DNA of 64,000 nucleotides from Hemiscyllium ocellatum (GCF_020745735.1 NC_083411.1:83252328-83316327); one strand, 5' to 3'; shown: positions 1 to 12,699, numbered from the stretch's first letter. Notes: generated by a model not told the origin, from the sequence alone. Program-made: numbers and translations.

Positions 1-141
1 AAGAACAAACCACTATAAATACCGGAAGAAACATCAAAGCAGCGCTTCACAGGAGGCTCCAATAGCACTGATGATGTTCCCTAGCCAGGGAACGAAACGT
101 TTGCAGCAAAAACTTCCAGCTCGGCGAACAGAACCACAACA
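1..141 (+). mobile_element. 3' end (pLTR-like) of a Penelope-like element, HHR family A, cut by window edge
   Basis: TATAAATA at 14-21 followed by a complete hammerhead motif (65-104) and a ~40 nt tail; this layout is typical of PLE 3' ends. Confidence 0.7.
65..104 (+). ncRNA. Minimal type-I hammerhead ribozyme (family A)
   Basis: GCA-CTGATGA-T-GTTCCCT-agcc-AGGGAAC-GAAA-CG-TT-TGC: conserved core, perfect 7-bp stem II, 3-bp stem I (GCA/TGC), zero-loop ACGT helix III, GUU triplet (cut after 101). Confidence 0.85.
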
Positions 142-411
142 ATACCCTATGTCCTAGTACCCTCCCACCTAAAAAGCTACGAAAGAAATGTCACAATGGA
201 AGTACATCTCCACATTTCTGAGGGATTCCTGATAGGAATTGCCTGTTAGCAATGTGAAATTCTTTCCTTTCATTAAAAAAAACAGGGTGGAACATCAATC
301 TACATGAGATCCTCTGTTTGCTCTGTCTTCCAGACTCACTGACTGGCAATTTAACCCATAGTCCCATTTCAGCTTCTCTCCTCTTTGAAGTACTTGTTGG
401 TATACCATTGG

Positions 412-541
412 GTAAAAAATGAGGTCTGCAGATGCTGGAGATCACAGCTGAAAATGTGTTGCTGGTTAAAGCACAGCAGGTTAGGCAGCATCCAAGGAAT
501 AGGAAATTCGACGTTTCGGGCATAAGCCCTTCATCAGGAAT
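412..541 (-). mobile_element. Non-autonomous PLE 3'-end copy with HHR (family B)
   Basis: Closely matches the reverse complement of 17340-17468; taccattgg duplicated at 403-411 and 541-549. Confidence 0.85.
506..541 (-). ncRNA. Minimal type-I hammerhead ribozyme (family B), intact core
   Basis: Reverse complement ATTC-CTGATGA-A-GGGC-ttat-GCCC-GAAA-CG-TC-GAAT. Confidence 0.85.
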
Positions 542-559
542 ACCATTGGTATACCATTC

Positions 560-1020
560 CCCTGCAATGTTGTTTGAAGCCACCCCAACAGCATTAGCGC
601 ACAGGTATGTTTCCTATTCAGATGAAACTCATCTAACTTGTTCATTTTCTCTCTCTCCCAGAAAAATTACATTGCATCAGGAATCTAAAAACATCCTTTC
701 TGCACCGTCTCGCAAGCTATCTGAACTAGCCTTCTTTTCCAATACATATTACTACATGGCACTCTGAGTCATCCAGAGATGGCTACTTTTGAAGTCCTGT
801 TTTTCAATTTCCTACCTAATGCCTTAAAATATGATGGCAAGACTTAATTTCTCTTTCTTCCTATGTAATTGATCCCAACATAGATCACACCCTCTAGACT
901 GTTCACTGCTGACTGAGCCTAACCTGGAAATCTTTAAGTATCTCTGGTCTATCCTTTCCAGGAATTTTGTTCTGAATGGAAACTGGAGTAAGCAACATTC
1001 TGTGACATGCAAGTAAATCA
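560..1020 (-). mobile_element. CR1/HER1 LINE ORF1 (SGNH esterase-like) remnant
   Basis: Minus-strand translation LGRKLKNRTSKVAISG...RCRKDVFRFL...KLDEFHLN...ANAVG resembles the ORF1 region at 56648-56940. Confidence 0.6.
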
Positions 1021-1471
1021 TTTATAATTGTGAAATGCATTCAGTGATCAAAGTGTATATTCTCAACCAATTCACTTTCTAGTCTGGCCATATTTCAACA
1101 AAATACCAGCAACAGTATCACATTCTCAGTCAGATGTTTGCTCTTTTCTATTTGTTTCTTGCCTATTTTGATGTAGTGGCCACTGGTCCTTTTCAGATAT
1201 TTCTTCTGCCATCATAGCTAATCTCAAACGATTCCTTCTTCTTCCACGGTTCCAGCTCGAGGCTGGGTAGCCCCACAAAATGCTCCCTGGTTGCCTCTGG
1301 ATTGTTCAATAACTCTTTGTTCCTAGGTCAGTTCTTCTTTGGCTGGCTTGCCTTTCTCAAAGCTTGGCATAACCTTGTCTCTCTTGACCTGTTCCATGGG
1401 CATTGCATGTAGTTGAACCTCCTGCTGCAGATGGAAATATGTCGTTGAAGTGAATCATCAGCCATAATCTA

Positions 1472-1628
1472 GAATGATGTAGAGACGCCGGTGTTGGACT
1501 GGGGTGGGCAAAATTAAAAATCACATAACACCAGGTTATACTCCAACAGGTTTATTTAGAAGTACAAGTTTTTGGTGTGCTGTTCCTTTGTCAGGTAGCT
1601 ATAATCTGGTGTTGTGTGATTTTTAACA
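1472..1628. mobile_element. Non-autonomous PLE copy, HHR family C, decayed, with short inverted arm
   Basis: Homologous to 57749-57872 (ttggactggggtg...aaaaatcac.aacaccaggttata); inverted tggtgttgtgtgatttttaa at ~1608-1627; HHR core degraded. Confidence 0.75.
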
Positions 1629-2715
1629 TCATCAAAAATGATAGTGTAGGTTGAAAGTATTAATTGGCCAACTCCTGTTTTTAGTTCTGATAAGATATAG
1701 GTGCATGCTAAATAGTGAGGTTTCTGGATTAAGAATTATAATATGTGTTCTATTATCTTTAATATTTTGTAGTTTAATCTCTGTAGGCTGAATTTACTGT
1801 CATTTCACTCACATTAATGATCTGATAAGACAGTAATATACATCTTCATTGAGCTTAAAATTAATGAACTGTTTATTAGCATAAAGAAGCTGCATCAAAC
1901 TTGAGTTTGTTGAATCACTATGTCAAATTCTAAGTCACAGTAGTAACATTATAGGGTGGAACTTAATGCAGTCTCCAACGTGGACCTTTTCAAAACTATT
2001 ACTCTGTACAACAATATGTTTATCACTGTTGATCATCATGAAGTGATTACTGTTTGAGAATTTTTATTCGTATGTATATATGTGGCAGGCGAAGATAGAA
2101 TTGGCTCTACCATAATTGAATGAACCCATTGAAGTCTCTTCATTCATTAATATATCAAGATTGGTAAGTTAGTTGTGATATCAGATGAATGCTATCAGGT
2201 ATAGAACTGTCTGTAAGCAAGAATCAGTACTCTCAGTAGCCGATTGGGAAAAGGGGAAAGGTTTCATTCTGCAAAGGGAACAATTTCAGTGCTGTCAGGG
2301 CCTTGATATATTTTCAGTGATAGAAATGCACATAAAATTTTGCTGAGTCAGGATCCAGGTAACAAGGGGAAAATATCAAAGTGAAGATATGACAAGCATA
2401 TGTGAAAAGATCAAAACTGAATTATGTGAGCCCTCTGATACACATACTCTGCTTCAGTATTTAAAGCAGATCAAAGCATAATGTGCCAGGGTTTGCTGAA
2501 ATGGTTGCAACAATTGAACCAACACACAATTAATACATAAGTCAGAAACCAACTCATGGGGTAAGAAATCTAACACATGCAATGCAAATTGATAAAATTG
2601 CTGGCTGATTTGCACTGCTCCACCATTAGCCCATGCAATCAACAGCCCACCTAAACCTCCATGTGATTTACATGAAATGCTGTAATTGCGCTTTAATTGA
2701 CCATTATATTCACTA

Positions 2716-2914
2716 GATGAAAGTGAAAACTGCAGATGCTGGAGATTAGAGTCAAGAGTGTTGGAAAAGCATAGCAGGTCAGGCAGCATCCGAGGAGCAG
2801 GAGAATTGGGCAAAACTTGCATGATTAAGGGCTTTTGCCTGAAACGCTAATTCTCCTGCTCCTCAGATACTGCCTGACCTGCTACGCTTTTCCAGTACCA
2901 CACTCTCAACTCAA
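2716..2914. mobile_element. Head-to-head PLE/HHR family B mini-element
   Basis: Two inverted arms, degraded core (aagggcttttgcctgaaacg); tatattcacta duplicated at 2705-2715 and 2915-2925. Confidence 0.8.
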
Positions 2915-3689
2915 TATATTCACTACAAAGTGGTCTTGCAATTAACAGCAATAGAACAAAATTTTAACAAAATAATCAAAGAGTATCTTGTAACCAGGAA
3001 GTAATCAACTGAGAAGTTTTCATTTTCAAATTGCCACTTGTTTCAGGACATTATAAAAAACACCATATTTTACGTTTTTTCTTACGTTTCTTCCTTTCTC
3101 CATATTTTAACATTTCTCTTCTTTATTGCTGGTTTAACATTGAATTAATCTACATTTATTTGATCTCTTTTTAGTCCTCCTTTCTCGATTCTTTCATCTC
3201 ATTGGTTAAGATTCACTTATCTTTTTTATTGATGAAAATCCGACAAGCTCTTTTGCCCTCACTGCATTATGATCAACTCAAACTTCAAACAGCTTTGTGG
3301 CCAAAATACAATAAAAGCTAGACACACACGAAGAAATTTAATTAGTGAGCATCCGCTCCAGCAAAATCTGGCGCACCATGAAGTCATCATATGCTAAGTA
3401 ATCATCTCATAGTTCAACAATTGGATGGTGGCAATGGCACATTATCAATAGCTATTTGCAATTTGGTTAATGGTGCAAAATTATTAATTCGCACACAGTG
3501 CTGTGTTAAAACACACCCTTTAATTTCTTCAAGCTAAGTTATATCTTACTATGCTGTCTTCATATGTAATTTTAATTTTTGAATTTAAATATGATCTTTT
3601 AGAGTTTTGTACTTTGAAAAACTTTGACCATTTTCAATCATTAACTGATACTTTGAAGATTTGATAAATTAGGTAAGACTGCAGAGAGT

Positions 3690-3921
3690 CAAGATTAGAG
3701 TAGTGCTGGAAAAACACAGCAGGTCAGACAGCATCTGAGAAGCAGGAAAATTGACGTTTTGGGCAAAAGCCCTTCATCTAGAAACATGATTCCTGATTCT
3801 GGGCTATTGCCCGAAACATCGATTTTGCTGTTCCTCGGATGCTGCCTGACCTGCTGTGCTTTTCCAGCACCACTCTAATCTTGACTCTAATCTCTAGCAT
3901 CTGCAGTACCCACTTTCACCG
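3690..3921. mobile_element. Head-to-head PLE/HHR family B mini-element
   Basis: Inverted arms each with a mutated HHR core; agac(t/g)gcagagagt duplicated at 3676-3689 and 3922-3935. Confidence 0.85.
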
Positions 3922-5337
3922 AGACGGCAGAGAGTATAAAAATGCAGCTTTGGGGTCTTATGGTGCAATGGGATTGTCCCTCTCCCTGGTGTAGAACATA
4001 AAGGTTAAACTTCCATTTGTCTTGGATGTGCATCATTACATACATAATCAGGTTGAATTAAAAAAAATATAAAACCGCAGTGTCTCAAACACCAAGAAAT
4101 AATGTTTCTGTATTTTTGTGGGAAATCTGTTTTACATTTTTAAAAAAGTTATATTCAAACAATATAATAATAACATCACTAAAAATCCTTGCAACATTTT
4201 TTTTTAGAAAACTGAGTATCAGAAATCAAAAAATGAGAAACAAAGTTCCGTAGAGGCAAAGCAAATGTGACTGAACGGTAATGTCTTGAGCACATTCTGA
4301 TTTTAACACAGAATGTTGTCACTGGTAGCGTCTCCAGCATGGTGTTTACTGAGTAAATTAGTGGTTTTGCCACTGAAAACTAAAACAAGGAAAGACCGAT
4401 CCTCCATGGTGCTGTTTACATCTTGTGAAGGTGTGGAGAACTTTTCCCACTGGTCAAACTTCCTGCTAGCTGATGTCTGGCATGTTCAAAAATAGCAAAT
4501 TGCAGAAAGATCCAGGGAGAATATCAGAACAGAAAGTATTATTTTGCAGGAGTGTAGGAAGCTAAGGTTTGTAACAATAGACAGATCTTTACCATCCGCT
4601 GTGGGCAAGTTTGAAGACAGGGAGTTACCTATAAAATGCAGCCTGTCTGCAAATTAGCTGCAGACTCCCCTATGTTTATTAGGAATGGCAGAGGCGTTGG
4701 GTAGCTCTCCTATCCTTGGCTTGCACAGACACCCTCATGGTCAATCATTTGCCACTTAGTGCCTCAATCCAACTTGGCCATTATTTTACCAATGGCAGGG
4801 GATGAACATACCATGTAGGCAGATCAGCAGTTTTTACTGGATGAGTTGGTGCCACATGCAGAGTGGAGGAATTGGGCAGCAGGTGGAGGAGGCTTTGGGG
4901 GGTGACAAAAAGCAGAACTCCTGTTGGATTCTTTATAGCTATTGGAAACCATGTTTCCCTTCAAGTTATACCCTTTAATACCCTGGCATTCCAAGCCATT
5001 CCCCAACCCTCCCCCACCCCCATTGTTGGGTTCTATCAGCCAAGGCCCTGCTGACACCCTTGACTTACCTGCAGTCTGTATTCCATTTGTTTTTCTACTG
5101 ACTGCCTGCTGTAGTCCCCGCTGTGGTCACCAAGTGAACAGAATATTAGTGAGATTATAGAGCTATCATCCAATTAGAGTGGTGGATGATGTCTATGTCT
5201 CTCCAGATGGGGGGCATAAGTCTTGCCCTTATCCAATTAACTAAGCCAAGACTTCAGTGGCTTTGGGTTAGTCATTTCCGGAGAGGACATATTCCTTCTC
5301 CACTCTGCAGGTAACAGGCTGGAAGCACAGTGAGGGG

Positions 5338-5433
5338 AAGAGGGAGAGAGATAGTGAGAAAATGAGAGAGAGAGAGAGAGAGAGACAGAGAGACAGAGAG
5401 ACAGAGATAGTGACAGAGTGTGTGTGCGTGTGT
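5338..5433. repeat. (GA)n/(GACAGA)n/(GT)n compound microsatellite
   Basis: Directly visible. Confidence 0.9.
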
Positions 5434-5699
5434 AGACACATAAGCTGACATATGTTTGTGATGGTCCTTACTTTCCTGAATCTGGTATAAAATATGAACT
5501 GACAGACACATTTGCAACGTAGGCAGAATTTTCTCACTTTCACTTAATGTGTTTTGTCAAGTGAGATCCATTGTACGCCTGTCTTGGCACTGCTGGTATC
5601 TTCTGGCATTCATGCTATCGGTGCCATTTTTGAAGGCCAGCTGCATATCACTTTAGATGCTGCAAGCCTGGAACTGGTCATCCCATTGTGGTCTTTGAC

Positions 5700-6200
5700 C
5701 ATTATCACCAAAGAGCAAAGAGACCTGGAAGTGTTTCTAGATGTTGAGTGACAGAATAGCTGTCACTTTTCATATGGACCACCAAAGGACATAAGGCCAT
5801 ATGACCAAACCATTCTGGACACAGATTACAGCCTGGATCAGTGTTGTATCATGATGAAGTATGGCACCCAGCTGTGCAGGATGAAATTCAATGATCTTCT
5901 GGTATTTCGCCCTCAGAGGTTCACCATACACTGATTCTGCCACTGCAAGCTCAACTCACCAAGGTTCGTGAACTATAATTCTCATTATCTATATGAATCA
6001 TGTCTGTATAATGGTTCTCAGCCAGCTCATCCTCCCAAACTACAAAACTTTCCTGCACTCTGCGTTACCTTCTTTCACACACTTCTGAAACTCTCCTACC
6101 CATGCATTACCGCTAATTGCTCTTTTGTTGATTTCAGTCATACTCATTCAATCCCTTTGTTTTATTACAGGAGAAATTGGTCCAATTTGAGGCTGATATG
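5700..6200 (+). pseudogene. Myb/SANT-like gene remnant (PIF/Harbinger accessory ORF-like), copy 1
   Basis: RDLEVFLD...QITAWISVVS...QLCRMKFNDLL, then acceptor ttacag|GAGAAA (EK) at 6170/6171; stops and frameshifts; homologous to the copies at 17.7-18.4 kb and 45.4-46.0 kb. Confidence 0.55.
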
Positions 6201-6403
6201 CCCACCCCACCCTGACTAAAATGCCTGTAATCCCCAGACCAGATGCATGCGACCTTGAGATTGACAGAAACACAATAGCTGGATGATATGAACATTTATT
6301 TCAAGATTCTGGCAGGACCAAGTGCTTGACTGACCATGGCCAACCCACTGGGTTAGAATCAGACAAGCCTCTTTACAAACTATGACTGTAACCATTATGA
6401 CAG

Positions 6404-6597
6404 CAAGTTACTGCAGATGCTGGAATCTGTACTGTAAACAAAACTTGCTGGAAGAACTATGGAGAGAGAGCAAGCTAAAGATTTGAGTTTAGTTGAGGGC
6501 TCTCATGAAGAGTCAGCTGGACTCAAAATGTTGGCTTACTCTCTTGTTATGGATGCTGTCTGACCTTCTGCGATTTCCAGCATGTTTTGTTTTCAGT
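6404..6597. mobile_element. Old inverted PLE-derived mini-element with decayed HHR
   Basis: ctgcagatgctgg tail, inverted ccagcatgttttgtttt arm, and tgaa-GAGTC-agctg-GACTC-aaaatgtt at ~6507-6533. Confidence 0.55.
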
Positions 6598-6789
6598 TCT
6601 GACTGCAATCACTGATTGACTGGCTGCAGATCCCCATGATGGACTGCTCCCATTTGACTTTCTCAAATTGCAACTTGTTTGAAGCATATGAAGTGCCCTT
6701 GCCACTTAAACTGCTGTACATGCTGCTGGTGTGACATTGACATTTCAAAGAATAATGCAATTTTCTCTTACGTACTCTGTTCAGCACAT

Positions 6790-7260
6790 CCCTAGATTTT
6801 GAAAACTTCTATCAAATCTCTTAACCTTTGCTTCCATAAGGAAAACAGTTCCAACTTATTCAACCTTTCCTCAAAATTGAAGTATTTTTTTCTCCCCTGG
6901 AACCATTCTTTTAAACCTATCCTGCACTGTGTCTCATGACACATCCTTCTCATAGTGTGGCACCTAGAACCGTAAACAATATTCCATCTGAGGCCAAATC
7001 AGTGTGTTATATAAGTTCATGCTCTTGTATTCCAGACTCCTATTCATGAAGCTTGGAATACGGCATGCTTTGTTCTCACTTCTCTCTACGTGTCCTTAAA
7101 GACTTATAGACATACACACCCAGGTCTGTGTACTCTGCACACCGTTTATATCATACTGTGTCCTCACATGCTTTGTACTTTCATGCTTCACCTCATAATT
7201 CTCTGCATTGAACGCCATCTGCCTCCTATCCACATATTCCACCAACATGCATCATATGTG
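6790..7260 (-). mobile_element. Old CR1-type LINE fragment (RT C-terminal part)
   Basis: Similar to the reverse strand of CR1 C-terminal segments elsewhere in the window (aaacaatattccatctgaggcc, aaccattcttttaaacct). Confidence 0.55.
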
Positions 7261-7382
7261 TCTCTGAATTACAAAATAGAGTGTTAAGGGACTAAGTGGT
7301 GTGAGTGTTGGGTTTGACAGTAGGCATGATGATATGGTCAGGCTGGTAGTTGGCCTTGTTGACTTGCATGAATGAAGGTCAT

Positions 7383-7679
7383 CGAATCCCTACAGTGTAG
7401 AAGCAATCCATTCAGTCCATTGACCCGCTGAAGGTCATCCCACCCAGACCCATCCCCCTGGCCTACACCTCCTATGGTTAATCCTCCTAACCAACATAGT
7501 CCTGAACAATATGGGCAATTTAGCATGGCCAATCCACCTAACCTGCACATCTTTGGACTGTGGAAGAACACGGGGGAGAATGTGCAAACTCCATAAAGAC
7601 AGTCACCCAAGGATGGAATCAAATCCCAGTCCCTGGTACTTTGAGGCAGCAGTATAAACCACTGACCCATCATGCCACC
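7383..7679 (-). mobile_element. HE1-type V-SINE
   Basis: Reverse complement of the tRNA-like head, V-domain (ggagtttgcacattctcccc) and ggccatgctaaattgccc. Confidence 0.85.
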
Positions 7680-8274
7680 TGGTTGGAAGAAGTTGGCAAC
7701 AATGGAAGGCTCAGGGATGAAAATGTTGAATGATGGCTGGGGTAAGCATTTAACATGCTTCAATCAACTCTGATTTACATGTCAGGAATTTGCAATGTCC
7801 AGTTTCTTGGTGATGAAATGGAGAATTAGAAGTCACATGAAGGTAAGGTGAGAAGGTAAAATGCATAGAAATAAAGTAGTCACTGCTCAATGCCTGAAGT
7901 TGCCATTTAGGATTTGAGGGAAAATCACTGAACTTTACTTGAAGTTGAGGTTCTGCATTTTTTTCCATTATTTTTGTATTTTCCCAGCATTCTTGATCTT
8001 ATTTCTAACATATGAAGGAGGCAAGATTTCCGCAAAGAATGTTTAAAAAGCAGTGCTGCATCAATTAGTTTTACCCCCCCTTCTTATATCATACATACCG
8101 GTGATTCTAATGGAGTACACACGTTGGGCTTCAATTATGTCTTGCCTTGTTACCGAATGTACATGACAATCTTCAGTTATTTCTTAATTCAAAATCATTT
8201 TTGTTAAGTTTTAATATCAGTCATGCCATATTATTGGAATATTTCTATTTGTATAGAAATCAGACAGCAATTAC

Positions 8275-8600
8275 AGTCATAGAGTCATAGAGATTTACAG
8301 CATAGAAACAGACCTTTGGTCCAACTTGTCCATGCCGACCAGATATCCCAACCCAATCTAGTCCCACTTGCATGCACTCAACCCACATCCCTCTAAGTTC
8401 TTCATATACACATCCAGATGCCTTTTAAATGTTGTAATTGTACCAGCCTCCACCACTTCCTCTGGCAACTCATTTCATACATGCACCACCTTCTGCATGA
8501 AACGTTGCCCCTTAGGTCTCTTTTATATCTTTCCCCTCTCATCGTAAACATTTGCCCTCTAGTTCTGGACTTCCCTACCCCAGAGAAAAGACTTCGCCTA
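8275..8600 (-). mobile_element. CR1/HER1 3' end
   Basis: Reverse complement of 10060-10350, including the (ctatga)n tail. Confidence 0.85.
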
Positions 8601-9044
8601 ATTTCTAGAATTACAATTAAATGGGGAAATAGTAGAAGTCGCCATACCCTGCTTCTTTAGGAACTGCAGTATCTTGTTGTTTCACTCACGATTCAAATAT
8701 AATGAATGATATGAATTGGCGATAGGAATCTAGAGATAGGAGCTAAACTTAACAGTAAGAATGAGGATTTTCCTATTCTACTGTGTATCATTTTGATGGT
8801 GTAACAAGTGTTAATTACTCAACCTATCTAGCCTAGAGAATTAACTTTTACAATTGTGCAATCAAATTTCTTCAGTTTTTCAACTGATGTTGAATAACAA
8901 ACTTTTTAACTGTCTTTTTCTGCCAGTTCTTTCTCTCTCTGAATTCAAAACTTTCTTTCCTTCCCCATTTTGGTCTTACTCAACACTGATTTAAATAATT
9001 GCTGGACACTTCCTAGTTCTGAAACTCTCTGGTTCTTCAAAGAC

Positions 9045-10354
9045 AGAATGTACATGTATTTGGAAAGGTAAGGACTGATTAAGGATAGTCAAAATGGGTT
9101 TATGCGTGGGAAATCATGTCTCACAAATTTGGTTGAGTTTCTTGAAGAAGTAACAAAGAGGATTGATGAGCGCAGAGTAGTGGACATGATCTATATGGAA
9201 GTCAGTAAGGCCTTCGACAAGATTTCCATGGGTGGCTGGTTAGCAAGGTTAGATCTCATGGAATACAGGGAGAACTAGCCATTTGGATACAGAACTGGCT
9301 CAAAGGTAGAAGACAGAGGGTGGTGGTGGAGGGTTGTTTTTCAGACTGGTGGCCTGTGACCAGTGGAGTGCCACAAGGATCAGTGGTGGGTCCACTACTT
9401 TTCGTCATTTATATAAATGATTTGGATGTGAGCATAAGAGGCATAGTTAGTAAGTTTGCTGATGACACAATTAGAGGTGTAGTGGACAATAAAGAAGGTT
9501 ACCTCAGATTACAACGGGATCTTGATCAGATGGGCCAATGGGCTGAGAAGCAGCAGATGGAGTTTAATACAGATAAATGCGAGGTGCTGCATTTTGGGAA
9601 AGCAAATCTTAGCAGGACTTATATACTTAATGGTAAGGTCCTCAGGAGTGTTGCTGAACAAAGAGACCTTGGAGTGCAGGTTCATGGATCCTTGAAAGTG
9701 GAGTTGCAGGTAGATTGGATAGTGAAGAAGGCATTTGGTATGCTTTCCTTTATTGGTCAGAGTATTGAGTACAGAACTGAAAGGTCATGTTGTGGCTATA
9801 CAAGACATTGGTTAGGCCACTGTTGGAATTCTGGTCTTCTTCCTATCAGAAAGATGTTGTGAAACTTGAAAGGGTTCAGAAAATATTTACAAAGATGTTG
9901 CCAGGGTTGGAGGATTTGAGCTATAGGGAGAGGCTGAACAGGCTGGGGCTGTTTTCCCTGGAGCGTCGGAGGCTGAGGGGTGATGTTATAGAAATTGATA
10001 AAATCATGAGGGGCATAGATAGGATAAATAGACAAAGTCTTTTCCCTGGGGTGGGAGAGTGCAGAACTAGAAGTCATAGGTTTAGGGTGAGAGGGGAAAG
10101 ATATAAAAGAGACCTAAGGGGCAACGTTTTCACACGGAGGGTGGTATGTGGAAGGAATGAGCTGCCAGAGGAAATGGTGGAGGCTGGTACAATTGCAACA
10201 TTTAAGAGGCATTTGGATGGGTATATGAATAGAAAGGGTTTGGACGGATATGGGCCAGGTGCTGGCAGGTGGGACTAGATTGGGTTGGTTATCTGGTCTG
10301 CATGGATGAGTTGGATCGAAGGGTCTGCACATGTCTATGACTCTATGATTCTAT
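9045..10354 (+). mobile_element. 5'-truncated CR1/HER1 LINE (RT domain to 3' tail), frameshifted
   Basis: SGVPQGS...LFVIYINDLD...KFADDT and LYKTLVRPLLE...RLRGD...FKRHLD; ends in ctatga repeats. Confidence 0.95.
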
Positions 10355-11039
10355 GAGTATCCAACATAGCAGGTCAGGAGATATGCAGTTGCTTGCCCTG
10401 TTCACACAGCTCCCAGATATTCAGCAGATAACCCAGCAATTTCTGGTACTGCAGTTACATTGGATGGAATTCTGTGGTCACTGCAGTCAGTCCATTTACC
10501 ACCTGGAGAGCCAATAACAATCCTGCTGAGGCCAATTGGGCCCCTGACCCTAATCAAATTTAATGTCAATCCAGAATTTATCTACTACAGTAGATAGTGC
10601 ACAGCGAGAAAAAAACTGACCAAATTTGACATTGTCATAATATAATTTTGGCATTTGATTGACTGGAAAAAAAAATATGGCCCACTTCAAGTAATTTGAA
10701 GTTTAGATAACTCATCATCTAAATGGAGGAATTTGTACAAAATTTCTTTGAAAGTGGAAGTCATATTACAGACTTTTTTTAACAGACTTTGTTCAGGTTA
10801 CAGTTGAAATATCTCATGCACTTCTGAAAATCCAAAGGTAATTTTTAGCCATCAAAACAATACAGCACTGATTCATGTAAATAATATTAATTTTTGTTTT
10901 AATCAAGAAAACTAAAGCTATTTAGTTTGAACATCTATAGTTCAGTAAAGATTTTCAAAGTTATGAATAATATTGACAAGTTAAATAAAAGGTTATTTCA
11001 TCAGTCAGTCACTACAGGAGAGCAGGGTCTATTTGAGCA

Positions 11040-11382
11040 TTAGAAATGCATTGGAAGTAATAAATAAGGAAGCTAGTAGACCATTTGGAAAACCATAATC
11101 TAATCAAACAGAGGCAGCATGGATTCATGAGAGAGAAAATTGTTTCTGACTAATTTTATAAGAATTTTTTTGATGAAGTATCAACAAGAGTGGATAATGG
11201 AGACAGTGTGGTCTGCAGACGCTGGAGATCAGAGCTGAGGGTGTGTTGCTGGAAAAGCACAGCAGGTCAGGCAGCATCTGAGGAGCAGGAGAATTGACGT
11301 TTCAGGCTGGAGCCCTTCATCAGGAATGAGTGCATAATGGTCAACCAGTGGATAGGTTGTATTTGGGCTTCCAGAAAGTGTT
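11040..11382 (+). mobile_element. CR1 RT fragment (QHGF...FQKVF), interrupted by a PLE copy
   Basis: cagcatggattcatg (QHGFM), ttccagaaagtgttt (FQKVF); resumes near 12700. Confidence 0.6.
11201..11327 (-). mobile_element. Solo PLE/HHR family B copy
   Basis: Core reverse complement CTGATGA-A-GGGC-tcca-GCCT-GAAA-CGTC; gagtg(g/c)ataatgg duplicated at 11188-11200 and 11328-11340. Confidence 0.85.
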
Positions 11383-12683
11383 TGTAGAGACACCTTGTTT
11401 TCTAGTAAAAGATAGGTAAATGTATCCTGACCAGCCTTGATCAGTTAACAGTAACCTTTTTTAAATACAAGTCTGTTACACAGTGAACGTGTGTTGCTGG
11501 AAAAGCACAGCAGGTCAGGCAGCATCTGAGAAGCAGGAGAATTGATGTTTTGGGCCTAAGCAGTTCCTCAGGAAAGGCTTTTCAGATGAAGGACTTATGC
11601 CCAAAACGTCAATTTTCCTGCTCCTCAGATGCTGCCTGACCTGCTGTGCTTTTCCAGCATCACACTCGTGACTCTGATCTCCAGCATCTGCAGTCTTTAC
11701 TTTCTCCTGTTAAACAGTGAAATAGACAATAGGGACAAGAGTCAGAGGAAGATCCAATACAACTTTCTTGAACACTTTATCTTAAATTAAACTCTATCAA
11801 ATGTTATCAGTTTCTTCACAGGATTCTTCAATAAACAGCCTTCAAATGCTATCAGGCTAAAACCTACACTTGCTATCTACTTCTGACACACACCTCTGGG
11901 GATTTGTTATACCCTGTCACAGGTCCCTACCACTGTATTTGAACTGTTGTCTGCAAGGATTGGTAATAATGTTAAATAAAGTTGGGGTAGGTTGTTGTTC
12001 TTTGATCTTTGAAGGTTAAGTGATGTTTCAGAATCTGTAGTTCATGATTGGGCTTCCCCTTTTGTCTAGGGCTGGTTCTGGTCTGTCTGATGATGCTCAC
12101 CATGAGGTGAAAGTTGCTGGAAGTGTGTAGCTCAGTTGCCACAGAGAAGTGCTCTCTGGAGATGCCTTTGAAAAAGTTGCAAAAGCAGAGTGAGATGGGG
12201 CTCCAGGTTGCCCCTTTTATCTCTTTTTATTGTGCCCTTCTTGAAGATTCTGATGTGTGTGTTCAGTACTAGTATTGTGTGGTGGCAAGAAGATCCAATG
12301 AGGTGATAACTTTCCATATTTGGATGTCACAGAACATGGTTTTGAACTTCATCTATCAAGTGCTGTCCTTCTCACTCTATTTCTCTAGCCTTCTACTGAG
12401 CTGAGTTTCACCAAGTCTATGTAGCGTTTTCCTAACAAAGTAGGTCCACAGGAGGTGTAAACAACCATTTGTTCTGAAACAGTGCAGCCATTCACATCTG
12501 GCCAGACAGTTCTAGGCCTGCTTGGTTTGACAGAAAGTTGATTGTCCCAGGCCTGGTTGCATGATACTGCATATAACAGCTCTGCAGTTTGCAAATTGCA
12601 GAATCCAGCTAGGTTTAAACTTGGTTTCCATATTTGGGGTTTTCATCCATGCTCTTGAAAAAAATGTCAATATTTCTGTAACA
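11383..12683. mobile_element. Candidate solo LTR inserted in a CR1 RT
   Basis: A ~1.3-kb non-CR1 block splits a CR1 RT and is bounded by TGTAG...TGTAACA; no TSD seen. Confidence 0.3.
11488..11706. mobile_element. Head-to-head PLE/HHR family B mini-element
   Basis: Inverted arms with mutated cores; ctgtta(c/a)acagtgaa duplicated at 11473-11487 and 11707-11721. Confidence 0.85.
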
Positions 12684-12699
12684 ATCCTGGAGGTCATCA

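Noticed and set aside
191-767. 130-aa and 111-aa ORFs as host genes
   Set aside because: They are read-throughs of the HHR mini-element and a CR1 ORF1 relic
1200-1435. Purine-rich minus-strand segment with an acceptor-like start
   Set aside because: Stops in all three frames; adjacent to LINE relics
4290-4500. Possible host exon
   Set aside because: Short frames with no recognisable domain and no convincing splice pair
5880-5935. FRPQRF resembling the cytochrome P450 PERF motif
   Set aside because: No heme-Cys or ExxR context; the segment fits the repeated Myb/SANT remnant (CRMKFNDLL) better
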